Of a stretch of 64,000 nucleotides of DNA, positions 46,192-55,360 are shown in pieces. The notes below the pieces were generated by a model. That model saw nothing but the letters and a program-made list of their open reading frames with translations, was not told where the DNA came from and searched no databases. Both the position numbers and the translations under genes were made by a program. Origin of the DNA: a virus; the IMG/VR virus record IMGVR_UViG_3300045988_072133, positions 32,001-96,000 of that record; one strand, 5' to 3'. Within the stretch, counting starts at the first letter, position 1, and each line of letters opens with the position of its first letter.

Positions 46192-47186
46192 AAATCAAGT
46201 TCAATAACAACAAGAAATACTGGTATAAACCAGGGAAAATTTAATAGGCATAGAGTATGGTGCTCTACGCCCTATTATTCAACTCCAGAGTAAACAGGGA
46301 GTATAAATAAAGGTTGCCTCGGTAGATAGAGATTATCTATAATAGCTTTCAGGCTTAAGTAAAAGACCAAGTGAATCTTAGTGAGTAATGATTATTACAA
46401 AGCAGCTCAGCCAAAGCATTAAATGAGTAACGATGCTACCAGGTGAGTTAGGTGAAATTCCTACAACAGATGATGCTACGAATTGTAATGATATAACCTG
46501 GATCATTAAGTACTTGCCCAAATCGAGAGTCATATTTTTCATCTCCTCAATGACTTGGTAAGAGAGGAGATTTTTATTACTAAAGTAGTGAGCTTGGAGG
46601 TAGCTATCTTTAATGAGTAGATGAGTAGCAGTATGTGGTGAGGTATAAGTTTCACAGTTTACTCCTCAAATAAAAACTGTAGGTATACTTAAATAATGGT
46701 GAAAGACTAGACTCGAAGTCAGGAATCTGAAATATAAGAGTAAGTAGCTAGTGAAGTCAAGTTAAGAACCTGAAAAGCCGCAGCTGGATTCCCTACAATG
46801 AAGGTAAGTTAATGACTTACGGTACTATAACTAGCAATACTTATAGTACTTCTTTAGGTGTAACAACACGCTTTAGTAATATCTAGACTATAGGAGTTTG
46901 ATCGCTCCTATAGTCACCGTTTGCTTCAGAGGCTTAAGTCATACTAAGTAAATCTTGCCTGAATCTAATAAGCTGGAGTTCGAACCTATTCAATGACTTA
47001 GTAAAGAGAATAGGATTTTTATATAGTATATGAAAGAAATCAAAGAATATCAAGTGTTAGGAATAGGATTTTTAGCGATAGCTATTCTTGCAGGGTTAAT
47101 CCTAATTCTTATGTAGTTTTTATTTTAGGGCCTATAGTTAAAAGCTTTAAAAAGCTATTTCGTATTATTGTCAAATTAGATGTATA

Positions 47187-47528
47187 ATGGCTAAAGAGTA
47201 TACAGATCTTTGTGCATTTAAGAGATTCCTTAAATCTCACAAAATTTTTAATGAGTATAAGAAGGAACTAAGGAAACAGCATCCTCATGGATACTGGTCG
47301 AAAGAAATATCTGCACAAAGTAAAAAACATCCTACAGGGCTATATGATATCATCGGCTGTAGCCTAAATTGGATGAGCATTAGTGAATTCGAGGATCCTC
47401 CAAAAATCAATAGAGCGTGGAATAATTACTGGTTAGATCATTGTAGCATACGCTATTGGAAGAAATTCAGTAGCAGATTCCCTGACTATATGATACGAGA
47501 ATTACATAACAGAGGAAAAATAAGATGA
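47187..47528 (+). CDS. hypothetical protein
   Basis: 113-aa ORF. Confidence 0.45.
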   Translation: MAKEYTDLCAFKRFLKSHKIFNEYKKELRKQHPHGYWSKEISAQSKKHPTGLYDIIGCSLNWMSISEFEDPPKINRAWNNYWLDHCSIRYWKKFSSRFPDYMIRELHNRGKIR

Positions 47529-48037
47529 CATCATTTGCAAATCATTTAATCATTGCTACCTATATAGGTAAAAATGAACATACTTTTAAGGTAGGAAGTA
47601 GTTATCTATTGAGGGTAGAATTCAGAGGCACAGGAATGTATCCTATAAATGTCGTCTTAGACTATGCTCAACATTATACTTCTGTACCTTACAGGACTAT
47701 TATAGACTTTTTAAAAGAATGGACTGAGATAGTTACTGTCATAGATCCTAAACTCGTTGAAAAGAGCTCTAAAGTACTTTATATCGACGATTCTGGGGAC
47801 TCAGAGCTTCCTTTTGACCAGGAGGATGATGAAATCCTTAAAGACTATCGGAATCCTAAATCTAGCCTGCCTTCATTAGTTATGGATAAACCTTCCACAG
47901 ATCTTGTGAGAATTCATGGGAAAATAGTCCTATCTAATGGTGCATGGGTATGTGACAAATGCCGGCAGGTGAACTTCGATCCCTCAGCTGAAAGGTGCAA
48001 ATGCTGTGGTGGTAAAAGAATCTTATTCGATGAGTAG
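47525..48037 (+). CDS. hypothetical protein with C-terminal zinc ribbon
   Basis: 170 aa; WVCDKCRQVNF...CKCCGGK. Confidence 0.45.
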   Translation: MTSFANHLIIATYIGKNEHTFKVGSSYLLRVEFRGTGMYPINVVLDYAQHYTSVPYRTIIDFLKEWTEIVTVIDPKLVEKSSKVLYIDDSGDSELPFDQEDDEILKDYRNPKSSLPSLVMDKPSTDLVRIHGKIVLSNGAWVCDKCRQVNFDPSAERCKCCGGKRILFDE

Positions 48038-48542
48038 AGTATTCTTTGCAGCAGATATGCACTTCGGACATGATCGCTTAGCTATAAATAGAAGGAGAAT
48101 GGATCCTACATATCATAATGAACTTATCATTGACAATTGGAATAAGACTGTCAAAAAGAATGATCTTGTGATTATGGTAGGAGACCTAACCTTTGAAGCA
48201 CCTGAGCTTATTCCTATGTATCTATCGAAACTTCACGGAAATAAGCTTCTTGTAGCAGGTAATCACGATACAACACAATGCTGTGATGTAGTCCGCAGTT
48301 TAGGAATAAGAGTAGTAGGATGTATGAAGTATAAAGGATTTTTTGTATCCCACATACCTATTCATCCCCTGGAATTTTCATTCAGTCCTAAGGTTCGTGG
48401 AAATATACACGGCCATATTCATGATAGAGTTATCATGGATCCGAGATATTTTAATGTATCTATGGACAGAATAGATTTTACTCCGATACTCTTTGATGAT
48501 ATAGAACAAGCAATTATTTTAGCCAAATCAAACCTCATTTAA
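48006..48542 (+). CDS. calcineurin-like metallophosphoesterase
   Basis: FFAADMHFGH (D-x-H), VMVGDLT (GD), LVAGNHD (GNH[DE]) and GHIH motifs in canonical order; true start probably the MSRVFF Met at 48030. Confidence 0.6.
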   Translation: MVVKESYSMSRVFFAADMHFGHDRLAINRRRMDPTYHNELIIDNWNKTVKKNDLVIMVGDLTFEAPELIPMYLSKLHGNKLLVAGNHDTTQCCDVVRSLGIRVVGCMKYKGFFVSHIPIHPLEFSFSPKVRGNIHGHIHDRVIMDPRYFNVSMDRIDFTPILFDDIEQAIILAKSNLI

Positions 48543-48543
48543 A

Positions 48544-48912
48544 ATGTCAGAAATTTACTGGATTTCTCGATTAGACTACATTTGTAATCTATTCATTGCG
48601 CTCTCCATAATCTTTGGAACAATAGTAGCTGTAGGAGGATTTACTCTCGTAGTTTCGGATAGGTCAGATAATGACTATCCTACTATGCTCAAGATAGTAA
48701 AGAGATCAACCTTGATATTAGGATTTTCTTTACTTGGAGTTATATTTCTTCCTAACACAAAGCAAGCCTATATGATTTGGGGACTTGGAGGAACTATAGA
48801 TTATATCAAGAGTAACGAAACTGTTCAAAAACTGCCTGATAAAACTATCCAATGTTTGGATAAGTTTCTCGATAAATACCTCAACGAAGAAGATTCAACT
48901 CACAATCGATAG
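48544..48912 (+). CDS. membrane protein
   Basis: 122 aa, two TM helices. Confidence 0.45.
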   Translation: MSEIYWISRLDYICNLFIALSIIFGTIVAVGGFTLVVSDRSDNDYPTMLKIVKRSTLILGFSLLGVIFLPNTKQAYMIWGLGGTIDYIKSNETVQKLPDKTIQCLDKFLDKYLNEEDSTHNR

Positions 48913-48914
48913 TT

Positions 48915-49142
48915 ATGAGCCTCATAGGTAAAATCTTTAAGCTCCCTGCAAATCGTCAGAGAGCTCATGATGAGTACTTTAAAGTAGAACGTGAGAACTT
49001 TGGTATTCTCGTATGCACAATGTTAGTTCCTGACAGACCTCATCACAAGATAACTAATCTTGTATGTGATCCTTCAGAACTTCAGAATGCAGAAGAAATC
49101 ACTACTAAGGAGTACTTAGAAGCTATGGAGAAGACTGCATAG
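48915..49142 (+). CDS. hypothetical protein
   Basis: 75-aa ORF. Confidence 0.4.
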   Translation: MSLIGKIFKLPANRQRAHDEYFKVERENFGILVCTMLVPDRPHHKITNLVCDPSELQNAEEITTKEYLEAMEKTA

Positions 49143-49148
49143 TCAGGA

Positions 49149-49219
49149 TGCGGTGTAGTGTAACGGTAACACACATCACTTTGGATGATGTATTTCAGGT
49201 TCAAATCCTGACATCGCAA
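49149..49219 (+). tRNA. trnQ: tRNA-Gln (anticodon TTG)
   Basis: TGCGGTG/CATCGCA acceptor (one G-U), D-stem GTGT/ACAC, anticodon stem CATCA/TGATG with loop CTTTGGA, T-arm TCAGG-TTCAAAT-CCTGA, discriminator A. Confidence 0.7.
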
Positions 49220-49246
49220 CAATTATTAACTAATAATAATATTATT

Positions 49247-49591
49247 ATGAAGTACAAGAAATGGACTGAAAAACGCTGTATTGAGATTATTAAAGTAATG
49301 AATCAATTTCCTGATAATCTTACTGCAGGATTTGAAGAATGTGCTAAAAAGTTTGGAGGAACTCCTCTCTATTATAACACATCGTGGTACAAAAGTGGGC
49401 ATGCCCTCTGTAAATTACGCAAGAAAATGAATAGCCTCGTTTGTACAACTCTGTCGACTACGAGCCCGAACTACAAGAATTCTCCCAGAGTTAATGGAAA
49501 ATTTCGCTCCGAGAGAGCTGAACGAATAGTGCCCACTACAGCAGAATTCTTCAAAGGATGGATATCTAGCTGTACTAAAGTCTTTCAGTAA
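49247..49591 (+). CDS. hypothetical protein
   Basis: Internal ATG (MKYKKWTEKR...) of track ORF 49148-49591, whose 5' part overlaps tRNA-Gln. Confidence 0.45.
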   Translation: MKYKKWTEKRCIEIIKVMNQFPDNLTAGFEECAKKFGGTPLYYNTSWYKSGHALCKLRKKMNSLVCTTLSTTSPNYKNSPRVNGKFRSERAERIVPTTAEFFKGWISSCTKVFQ

Positions 49592-49781
49592 TGATACCTA
49601 AAAAGATTCTTGTAGACCTTACTGAGTATGAATTAACAATACTCATTTGGTGTTTAGAAGAGTGTGGAAGGGCTTATACTGAAAGTGCAGATACCTTACA
49701 GACAAAGCTAAGAAATCTTCGCAGTGTTGTTCAGACACAACCTAACTTAGAGGAATAGCAATACTCTTAACATTTATAATT

Positions 49782-50198
49782 ATGGCAATTACACGCAAAA
49801 TTGGAGAGGTCTTTACGATAACAGACCCTTACTATCCATACAACACAGTATGCCTCAAAGTAAAATTGGGGAGTAGGTGTGATGAATGCTTCTTTTATAA
49901 ACATTCTCTTTATAATACTTGTAATAAACCTCTCAAAGGAACAGGCTTCTGTAGTGCATCCTGTAGATCTGATAACAGAGAAGCTATATTTGTACAAGTT
50001 GCAAATAGTGTACCTGAGGATAAGACAACTATATCACAACCGAGCTGTGTCTTTTGTAGAGAAGTAAAGGAACTGAAGTATGATCTAAGTCGAGGTATTT
50101 CAACAATCTGCTCAGTACAAGGTCACCTTCCTGACGAGTTTACTATTCATCGACGATATTACTTCAAATATTGTCCAATATGCGGTAAAAAACTGTAA
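49782..50198 (+). CDS. Cys-rich protein, RKIGEVF-family paralogue 2
   Basis: MAITRKIGEVFTITDP... plus many Cys (CDECFFYKH, CSASC, CVFC, CPIC). Confidence 0.5.
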   Translation: MAITRKIGEVFTITDPYYPYNTVCLKVKLGSRCDECFFYKHSLYNTCNKPLKGTGFCSASCRSDNREAIFVQVANSVPEDKTTISQPSCVFCREVKELKYDLSRGISTICSVQGHLPDEFTIHRRYYFKYCPICGKKL

Positions 50199-50200
50199 CT

Positions 50201-50809
50201 ATGTCACTATCTATAGTAGAAAGAAAAATTGGGGAAGCATTCACATGTAAAGTACGCGGAACCCCTAAAAAAATAGTAGTTTACCCAGCTACTAAAGAAG
50301 GTGGTTGTGAAGGCTGTATTTTCCGAGGGCACGAGCCTAATCTTCAATGTACCATCTTAGAATATGATACAGGACCTTGTGATGCAGATCAGCGAGTAGA
50401 TCATAAGAATGTCATCTTCAAAGAACTGATTCCTGATCAGTTTGAACTCATGAGGACTATAATTTGCAGGTTAGCCTTAGAGTGGTGTTTAACTCAAATT
50501 AGTAGAAGACAATTCTACCAAGGGGTGTATATAGTGACTAAGAATCTATATCCTATGGAGATGAATATTATTCGAAATTCACCTGCAAATATCCTCAGGA
50601 ATAAGAATAATCTCACTCCTTTCTGGAATAAATTACGTGAATTAATTCAAAAGAAAATGAAGCCTATTACTGTCAAGGACATGATTGAGTATCTGGGGAC
50701 ATTAGCTCCAGATTACGAGCTCCATTGCTTCAACGATGGAGAGCCTATCAGAGTTAAAGACTCTACTACTGACCACGAGAAGAAGATCGTGGAGCTCCAG
50801 TTTGAATAG
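50201..50809 (+). CDS. Cys-rich protein, RKIGEVF-family paralogue 3
   Basis: MSLSIVERKIGEAFTCKV...CEGCIF. Confidence 0.5.
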   Translation: MSLSIVERKIGEAFTCKVRGTPKKIVVYPATKEGGCEGCIFRGHEPNLQCTILEYDTGPCDADQRVDHKNVIFKELIPDQFELMRTIICRLALEWCLTQISRRQFYQGVYIVTKNLYPMEMNIIRNSPANILRNKNNLTPFWNKLRELIQKKMKPITVKDMIEYLGTLAPDYELHCFNDGEPIRVKDSTTDHEKKIVELQFE

Positions 50810-50817
50810 GTAAAGGT

Positions 50818-50889
50818 GCTAGTGTAGCTTAATGGCAGAGCAGCTGATTTGTAATCAGCAGGTTGGGGGTTCGAGTCCCTTCACTAGCT
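50818..50889 (+). tRNA. trnT: tRNA-Thr (anticodon TGT)
   Basis: GCTAGTG/CACTAGC acceptor, T8 A9, anticodon stem GCTGA/TCAGC with loop TTTGTAA, T-loop TTCGAGT, discriminator T. Confidence 0.7.
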
Positions 50890-50903
50890 CTTCAAATCAC
50901 CAT

Positions 50904-51395
50904 ATGATGAAAGCTATACCTAAGATCGTAGGAGTAATCCTATTTTGTGGGCTTACAACGAAGCCTGCAAACGTTCTCAACAGAGGCAGTACTGATGAGT
51001 ATTCAGATACCTTAGTGCCTAAGTTTGAGATACCGCAAGAGCTTACAGTATGTGCTGTAAAGCAAGCTTGTATATACTATAACCTCCTTCATCCAGAGAT
51101 TGTAGTAGCTCAATCTATATTAGAAACAGGTTATTATACCTCAAGAGTCTGCAAGGATTACAACAATATACTTGGACTCTATGATTCTGCCAATAAGGAC
51201 TATTTCAAGTTCGAAAATTGGTGGGATTCTGTAGAAGGATATAAAAACTTAGTTCAGTATAAATTAGGCAAAGATTCCTGCACAGTAGAAGAATATTACA
51301 CTTTTTTAAGAGAACTGCCGTATGCAACGGACCCAGAGTACATTAACAAAATTCATACTATTGTTAGTAGGCATCAAAACACGGATGAAATATAA
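50904..51395 (+). CDS. secreted/membrane-anchored glucosaminidase (FlgJ/GH73-like) peptidoglycan hydrolase
   Basis: Internal start MMKAIPKIVGVILFCGL (hydrophobic N-terminus); AQSILETGYYTSRVCKDYNNILGL matches the AQA.LESGWG...NNLFGI glucosaminidase motif. Confidence 0.55.
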   Translation: MMKAIPKIVGVILFCGLTTKPANVLNRGSTDEYSDTLVPKFEIPQELTVCAVKQACIYYNLLHPEIVVAQSILETGYYTSRVCKDYNNILGLYDSANKDYFKFENWWDSVEGYKNLVQYKLGKDSCTVEEYYTFLRELPYATDPEYINKIHTIVSRHQNTDEI

Positions 51396-51567
51396 CTTCA
51401 CAGCTATGAGATGGTTAATTCATTACTTACGACAGGTATTCTGCAAACATACCTTTGTACAAGTGGAGACAGTAGAATACAAGAATCAGAAGGGATTTGT
51501 AGTTGTTGAGCATAATAATTACATATGCTCAAAGTGCTTATATGTTCGTCATGTAAAAATTAAGTAA
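51322..51567 (+). CDS. hypothetical Cys-containing protein
   Basis: 81-aa ORF, likely starts at internal MKYNFT Met to avoid overlap. Confidence 0.35.
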   Translation: MQRTQSTLTKFILLLVGIKTRMKYNFTAMRWLIHYLRQVFCKHTFVQVETVEYKNQKGFVVVEHNNYICSKCLYVRHVKIK

Positions 51568-51899
51568 TGATTCCACTGATAGTATTTTTAGGAATAGCTT
51601 TACTTTGGGTAACAGGAGCTATTATAGCTATGTGTGGAGGAGATCCCTCCCCAAGAAAGCTTAACAAGTGGTTTCGAAAAGCTCCACATCACCTTAAAGA
51701 ACAAGCTACTGGGATTTATAGAGGCTACTACAATGCTGGAAATGATTTTGAAGAATGGGACTATGTATGCCTTATTAAATGGCGCACAATGTCCTATAGA
51801 GACAAAATTATAGGCTATAGGAAAGCTATCAAAAGTCAGTCTCTGTCCCAAGTTACTCCTTATCGTAGGGATAACTTCAATTCATATGGAAGTGAATAA
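51567..51899 (+). CDS. membrane protein
   Basis: 110 aa, N-terminal TM. Confidence 0.45.
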   Translation: MIPLIVFLGIALLWVTGAIIAMCGGDPSPRKLNKWFRKAPHHLKEQATGIYRGYYNAGNDFEEWDYVCLIKWRTMSYRDKIIGYRKAIKSQSLSQVTPYRRDNFNSYGSE

Positions 51900-51906
51900 C
51901 TGCTGA

Positions 51907-52383
51907 ATGAATAAATTACAAGCAACCTTAGCAGAATTCCAAGGAAAGCTGCTAATTCCCCTCAACTATCAGACGTACAATTCGTCGCGTGTTGAGATGA
52001 TACCCCCTGAGGGGTATATGTACATTGTAGTCCAAGTGACTGAAAACTCTGTACAAATCCCGAGTGTCCAATTTGAGATTTCTAAAAGAGATCTTATGAG
52101 GTCTATGAATCGGGATAAAGACTCTCGAATCCCGCTGGTTATATTTCTGGCAAGATTCATTCAAAGTATCCCTGAACTTCTTAAAATTTGTAAGTATCAC
52201 CGCTTAGGTTATGATACCAGCAAGTATGAGAAACAGCCCTCCCTAAGTGAAGGGCCGTGGGTTGATCGTAAACGAGAGGAAGCGTTTATTATCAAAATTC
52301 TAAAGAAGAAACGGGATTGGAAGCACCTCAGAGAATATTTCAATGAGTTGAATGCTAAGAGAATGAAGTTTAAAAGAAAGTAG
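51907..52383 (+). CDS. hypothetical protein
   Basis: 158-aa ORF. Confidence 0.45.
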   Translation: MNKLQATLAEFQGKLLIPLNYQTYNSSRVEMIPPEGYMYIVVQVTENSVQIPSVQFEISKRDLMRSMNRDKDSRIPLVIFLARFIQSIPELLKICKYHRLGYDTSKYEKQPSLSEGPWVDRKREEAFIIKILKKKRDWKHLREYFNELNAKRMKFKRK

Positions 52384-52385
52384 CT

Positions 52386-52634
52386 ATGCAAATTATTGTG
52401 ACAGTGAACTTGCCTGTAGCATTTAGTTTGGGCAAAGAGGGTAAAGCATGTTATCGAAAAACTATCGTTGGAGATGATGTGCTAAGATACCAGATGAATA
52501 GGTCTGTAGATGATCGCCCTGCATGGATCCTAGACCCTAAAACCTGGAAGAAAATGAGTCCTCAAGATAAGTTAAGAGCCTTCGTAGAGACTTTTAATTT
52601 AGGCTGGGGAGTAAGTTACGAATGTGTAGAGTAA
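52386..52634 (+). CDS. hypothetical protein
   Basis: 82-aa ORF. Confidence 0.4.
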   Translation: MQIIVTVNLPVAFSLGKEGKACYRKTIVGDDVLRYQMNRSVDDRPAWILDPKTWKKMSPQDKLRAFVETFNLGWGVSYECVE

Positions 52635-52667
52635 CTGAAGAAACTAATTAGATGATAAGTACATTCA

Positions 52668-53216
52668 ATGGACATAACTATTAAGGAGAAAGCGTACGAA
52701 TCACAAAACCTATCCTTTAACCAAACTTGTTACTTATTATCTCTAAGGAATAGAATTACTAAGAGTGAGTTTCAGGAACTCCTGGATAAGCGTTATATCT
52801 TCATTAAGGATCACATGATTCAACTAAATGGTAAGGGATATAATGCTATTACGGAAGCAATGAGACTTTCTCGTATTGTTACAACCAATGAAGATGATGT
52901 CAAGGCTTTAGCTAAACAAATGGCTGAGAAATTTCCTGCGGGAAAGAAAATTGGCACCAACAAATATTGGAGAAGTAATTCTGCTCTTGTAGTAAAGAAG
53001 CTAACTAGCTTTTTGAAGAGATATGGTGAGTTTCCATCGGAAACTATCCTTGAGGCTACTGATGCCTATGTCAAAAGTTTTGGAATTGATACTTCCCTGA
53101 TGCGAATTCTACCATATTTCATTGAGAAAGATGGCGAATCTGATCTGTTAACTACTATCGAGAATCTCGAAAATCGTGGTGATGATGGAACAGCATTTGC
53201 TGAAACTATTCTTTAA
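52668..53216 (+). CDS. hypothetical protein
   Basis: 182-aa ORF. Confidence 0.45.
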   Translation: MDITIKEKAYESQNLSFNQTCYLLSLRNRITKSEFQELLDKRYIFIKDHMIQLNGKGYNAITEAMRLSRIVTTNEDDVKALAKQMAEKFPAGKKIGTNKYWRSNSALVVKKLTSFLKRYGEFPSETILEATDAYVKSFGIDTSLMRILPYFIEKDGESDLLTTIENLENRGDDGTAFAETIL

Positions 53217-54433
53217 TGAGCATATTTGATAGAGTATTTCAGGACTTAATACAGCGTAAGGAAAGGATCTCTAAAGGTCTCCTAAACTGTATACCATGTC
53301 CATTTCCAAGATTTAGAGAAGTATTTCCTGGTATTGAACAAGGCAAGTTCTTGTTATTTTCAGCAAATAGTAAAATTGGGAAAACTCAGATAGCAGATAG
53401 TATGTGCTTATATGAACCACTATTTTATGCTATAGAACATGATAACATTCACGTTCGTTGGCATTATTTTAGCTGGGAGATGTCTGCAGAACAAAAGTAT
53501 AGGCAATTCATTTGTCATCTTTTATACAGATTATCTGATGGTAACATTCATATAGATACTAAACAATTACGTTCTGTAGATATAAATAAACCACTGCCTG
53601 ATGAAATTTTACAATTATTACAAGAAGATAAATACCAAAAATATATTCGATATTTTGAGGAACATGTAACAATTATTGATGATATTCGAAATCCGACTGG
53701 AATAAAAATTTACCTTGAGGAATATGCTGAAAAAAATGGTAAGATACATTTTACGACAAAAACTTTTTATGATAATCAAGGTACAGAAAAATTCTCACGT
53801 AAGATTTTCGATTATTATGAACCTGATGATCCTGAACTTTATAATATAGTAATCTTTGATCATATATCTCTTATTTCTTTAGAAAAGGGATTAAATCTTA
53901 GAGATACTATAGAAATGTTCTCAAATAAGCATCTTGTATATTTACGAAACAGATTTAATTACACTTTCGTAGTTATCCAGCAGCAAGCAGCATCTCAAGA
54001 GTCCAATGAGAATTTTAAAATGGATAAATTGAGACCTACGGCGGATGGATTAGGAGATTGTAAAACAACGTTTAGGGATGCTGACTTATTCTTTGGATTA
54101 TATTCTCCGTATAGATACAAGATAGCGGAATATCTAGGTTATGACATCAAATTCTTTAAGGATAATATAAGATTCTTAGAGCTTATTGGTGGACGTGAGG
54201 GTGGAGGAGGAAATGTATGTCCTCTCTACTTTGATGGTGCAGTAAATTTCTTTAAAGAACTTCCTCTCCCAAAGGATGAGAAAGGTTTAGCAAAGGTATA
54301 CTCATTATTAAGGTCCCTCAGAGGTGGTGGAGCTTTAGTTGCAACAACTCTTAGCTCTCTTCATTCCAAATTTAAACTTTATGGCAAAAGTAGTAGGAAT
54401 CTTTGGCTTTTCTGGAGATGGAAAGACTACTAG
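53216..54433 (+). CDS. RecA-fold P-loop ATPase, DnaB-like replicative helicase candidate
   Basis: FLLFSANSKIGKTQIADSM Walker A; IVIFDHISLIS Walker-B-like; VVIQQQAAS (cf. DnaB motif H IQQLSR region); 405 aa. Confidence 0.4.
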   Translation: MSIFDRVFQDLIQRKERISKGLLNCIPCPFPRFREVFPGIEQGKFLLFSANSKIGKTQIADSMCLYEPLFYAIEHDNIHVRWHYFSWEMSAEQKYRQFICHLLYRLSDGNIHIDTKQLRSVDINKPLPDEILQLLQEDKYQKYIRYFEEHVTIIDDIRNPTGIKIYLEEYAEKNGKIHFTTKTFYDNQGTEKFSRKIFDYYEPDDPELYNIVIFDHISLISLEKGLNLRDTIEMFSNKHLVYLRNRFNYTFVVIQQQAASQESNENFKMDKLRPTADGLGDCKTTFRDADLFFGLYSPYRYKIAEYLGYDIKFFKDNIRFLELIGGREGGGGNVCPLYFDGAVNFFKELPLPKDEKGLAKVYSLLRSLRGGGALVATTLSSLHSKFKLYGKSSRNLWLFWRWKDY

Positions 54434-55097
54434 TACTATCATTAATCCTGATGGTTCTATAGATCTGTCTGCTGAAGGTTACAAAGGGATCGATCCTAAG
54501 AGTCATGGTATTCTTAATATCGATCAAAAAGCACTCCCCTTCCCTGCATCATTAACAAAACAATGGTGTAGCGCGAATAAGAACTATAGAGAGACTTGTG
54601 ATATTGACACAATCATCAAGACTCTTAAAGCATGGGCACAAGATCCCAATATTAAATCTTGTAGTGTTGACACTATTAATAGTTATATCACATTTAAGGA
54701 AATGCTAGACCGTCGTAAGATGAGTTTTGACGCATGGAGAGACATGGCAATTGATATTGTAGATCTTATCAATACAGCAAATGTTATTCTACGTGATGAC
54801 CAGATATGTTATATTATGGGTCATGTAGAATTAATAACTGATATTGATGGAGTAGATCGCAAAGCACTTGCTACATCAGGTAAAAAGCTGAAGAAGATTT
54901 TTCCTGAGTCAATGCTCCCTATAGTATTATTTACTCGTATAGAACCTGGTCTTGAAGGAGATAACAAATACTACTTCGAGACTAAGGCAAACCACAGTTC
55001 TGGCAAAACTCCTCTCGGAATGTTTAAGGATTTCTTAATCCCCAACTCTCTGAAATTGGTAGATCAAACAATTCGGGAATATTATGATATGAAATAG
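54381..55097 (+). CDS. AAA_24/Sak4-like RecA-fold ATPase
   Basis: Internal start MAKVVGIFGFSGDGKTTST parallels the N-terminal P-loop of AAA_24 family (M.KILIYG.SGSGKTT); track start 54339 overlaps upstream gene. Confidence 0.45.
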   Translation: MAKVVGIFGFSGDGKTTSTIINPDGSIDLSAEGYKGIDPKSHGILNIDQKALPFPASLTKQWCSANKNYRETCDIDTIIKTLKAWAQDPNIKSCSVDTINSYITFKEMLDRRKMSFDAWRDMAIDIVDLINTANVILRDDQICYIMGHVELITDIDGVDRKALATSGKKLKKIFPESMLPIVLFTRIEPGLEGDNKYYFETKANHSSGKTPLGMFKDFLIPNSLKLVDQTIREYYDMK

Positions 55098-55099
55098 CT

Positions 55100-55360
55100 A
55101 TGGTTAACATTCAGAAGATGCTTGAAAATTCCAAGAAGCCTTACTTAACTAAGTTAGGTACTTTGGAAAAGAAGAAAGCTGCATTTCTTGAAAAGATTGA
55201 TTCTGATATAAAAGAAGTGACAGCTAGACTTGAATCTATAGATAGTGCAATCGAAGCTCTCAATGGCTCACTGACTACTAAGATCAAGGAAGCTCCTGAG
55301 GAGCAAATTGTGGACCAAGAAATTGATCCTTTCGAAATTAAAGTAGATGACAATGAATAA
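55100..55360 (+). CDS. coiled-coil protein
   Basis: 86-aa ORF. Confidence 0.4.
   Translation: MVNIQKMLENSKKPYLTKLGTLEKKKAAFLEKIDSDIKEVTARLESIDSAIEALNGSLTTKIKEAPEEQIVDQEIDPFEIKVDDNE

Noticed and set aside
46957-47010. TTCGAAC T-loop-like motif (GCTGGAGTTCGAACCTATTC) suggesting another tRNA
   Set aside because: Flanking sequence cannot form a T-stem or an acceptor helix on either strand.
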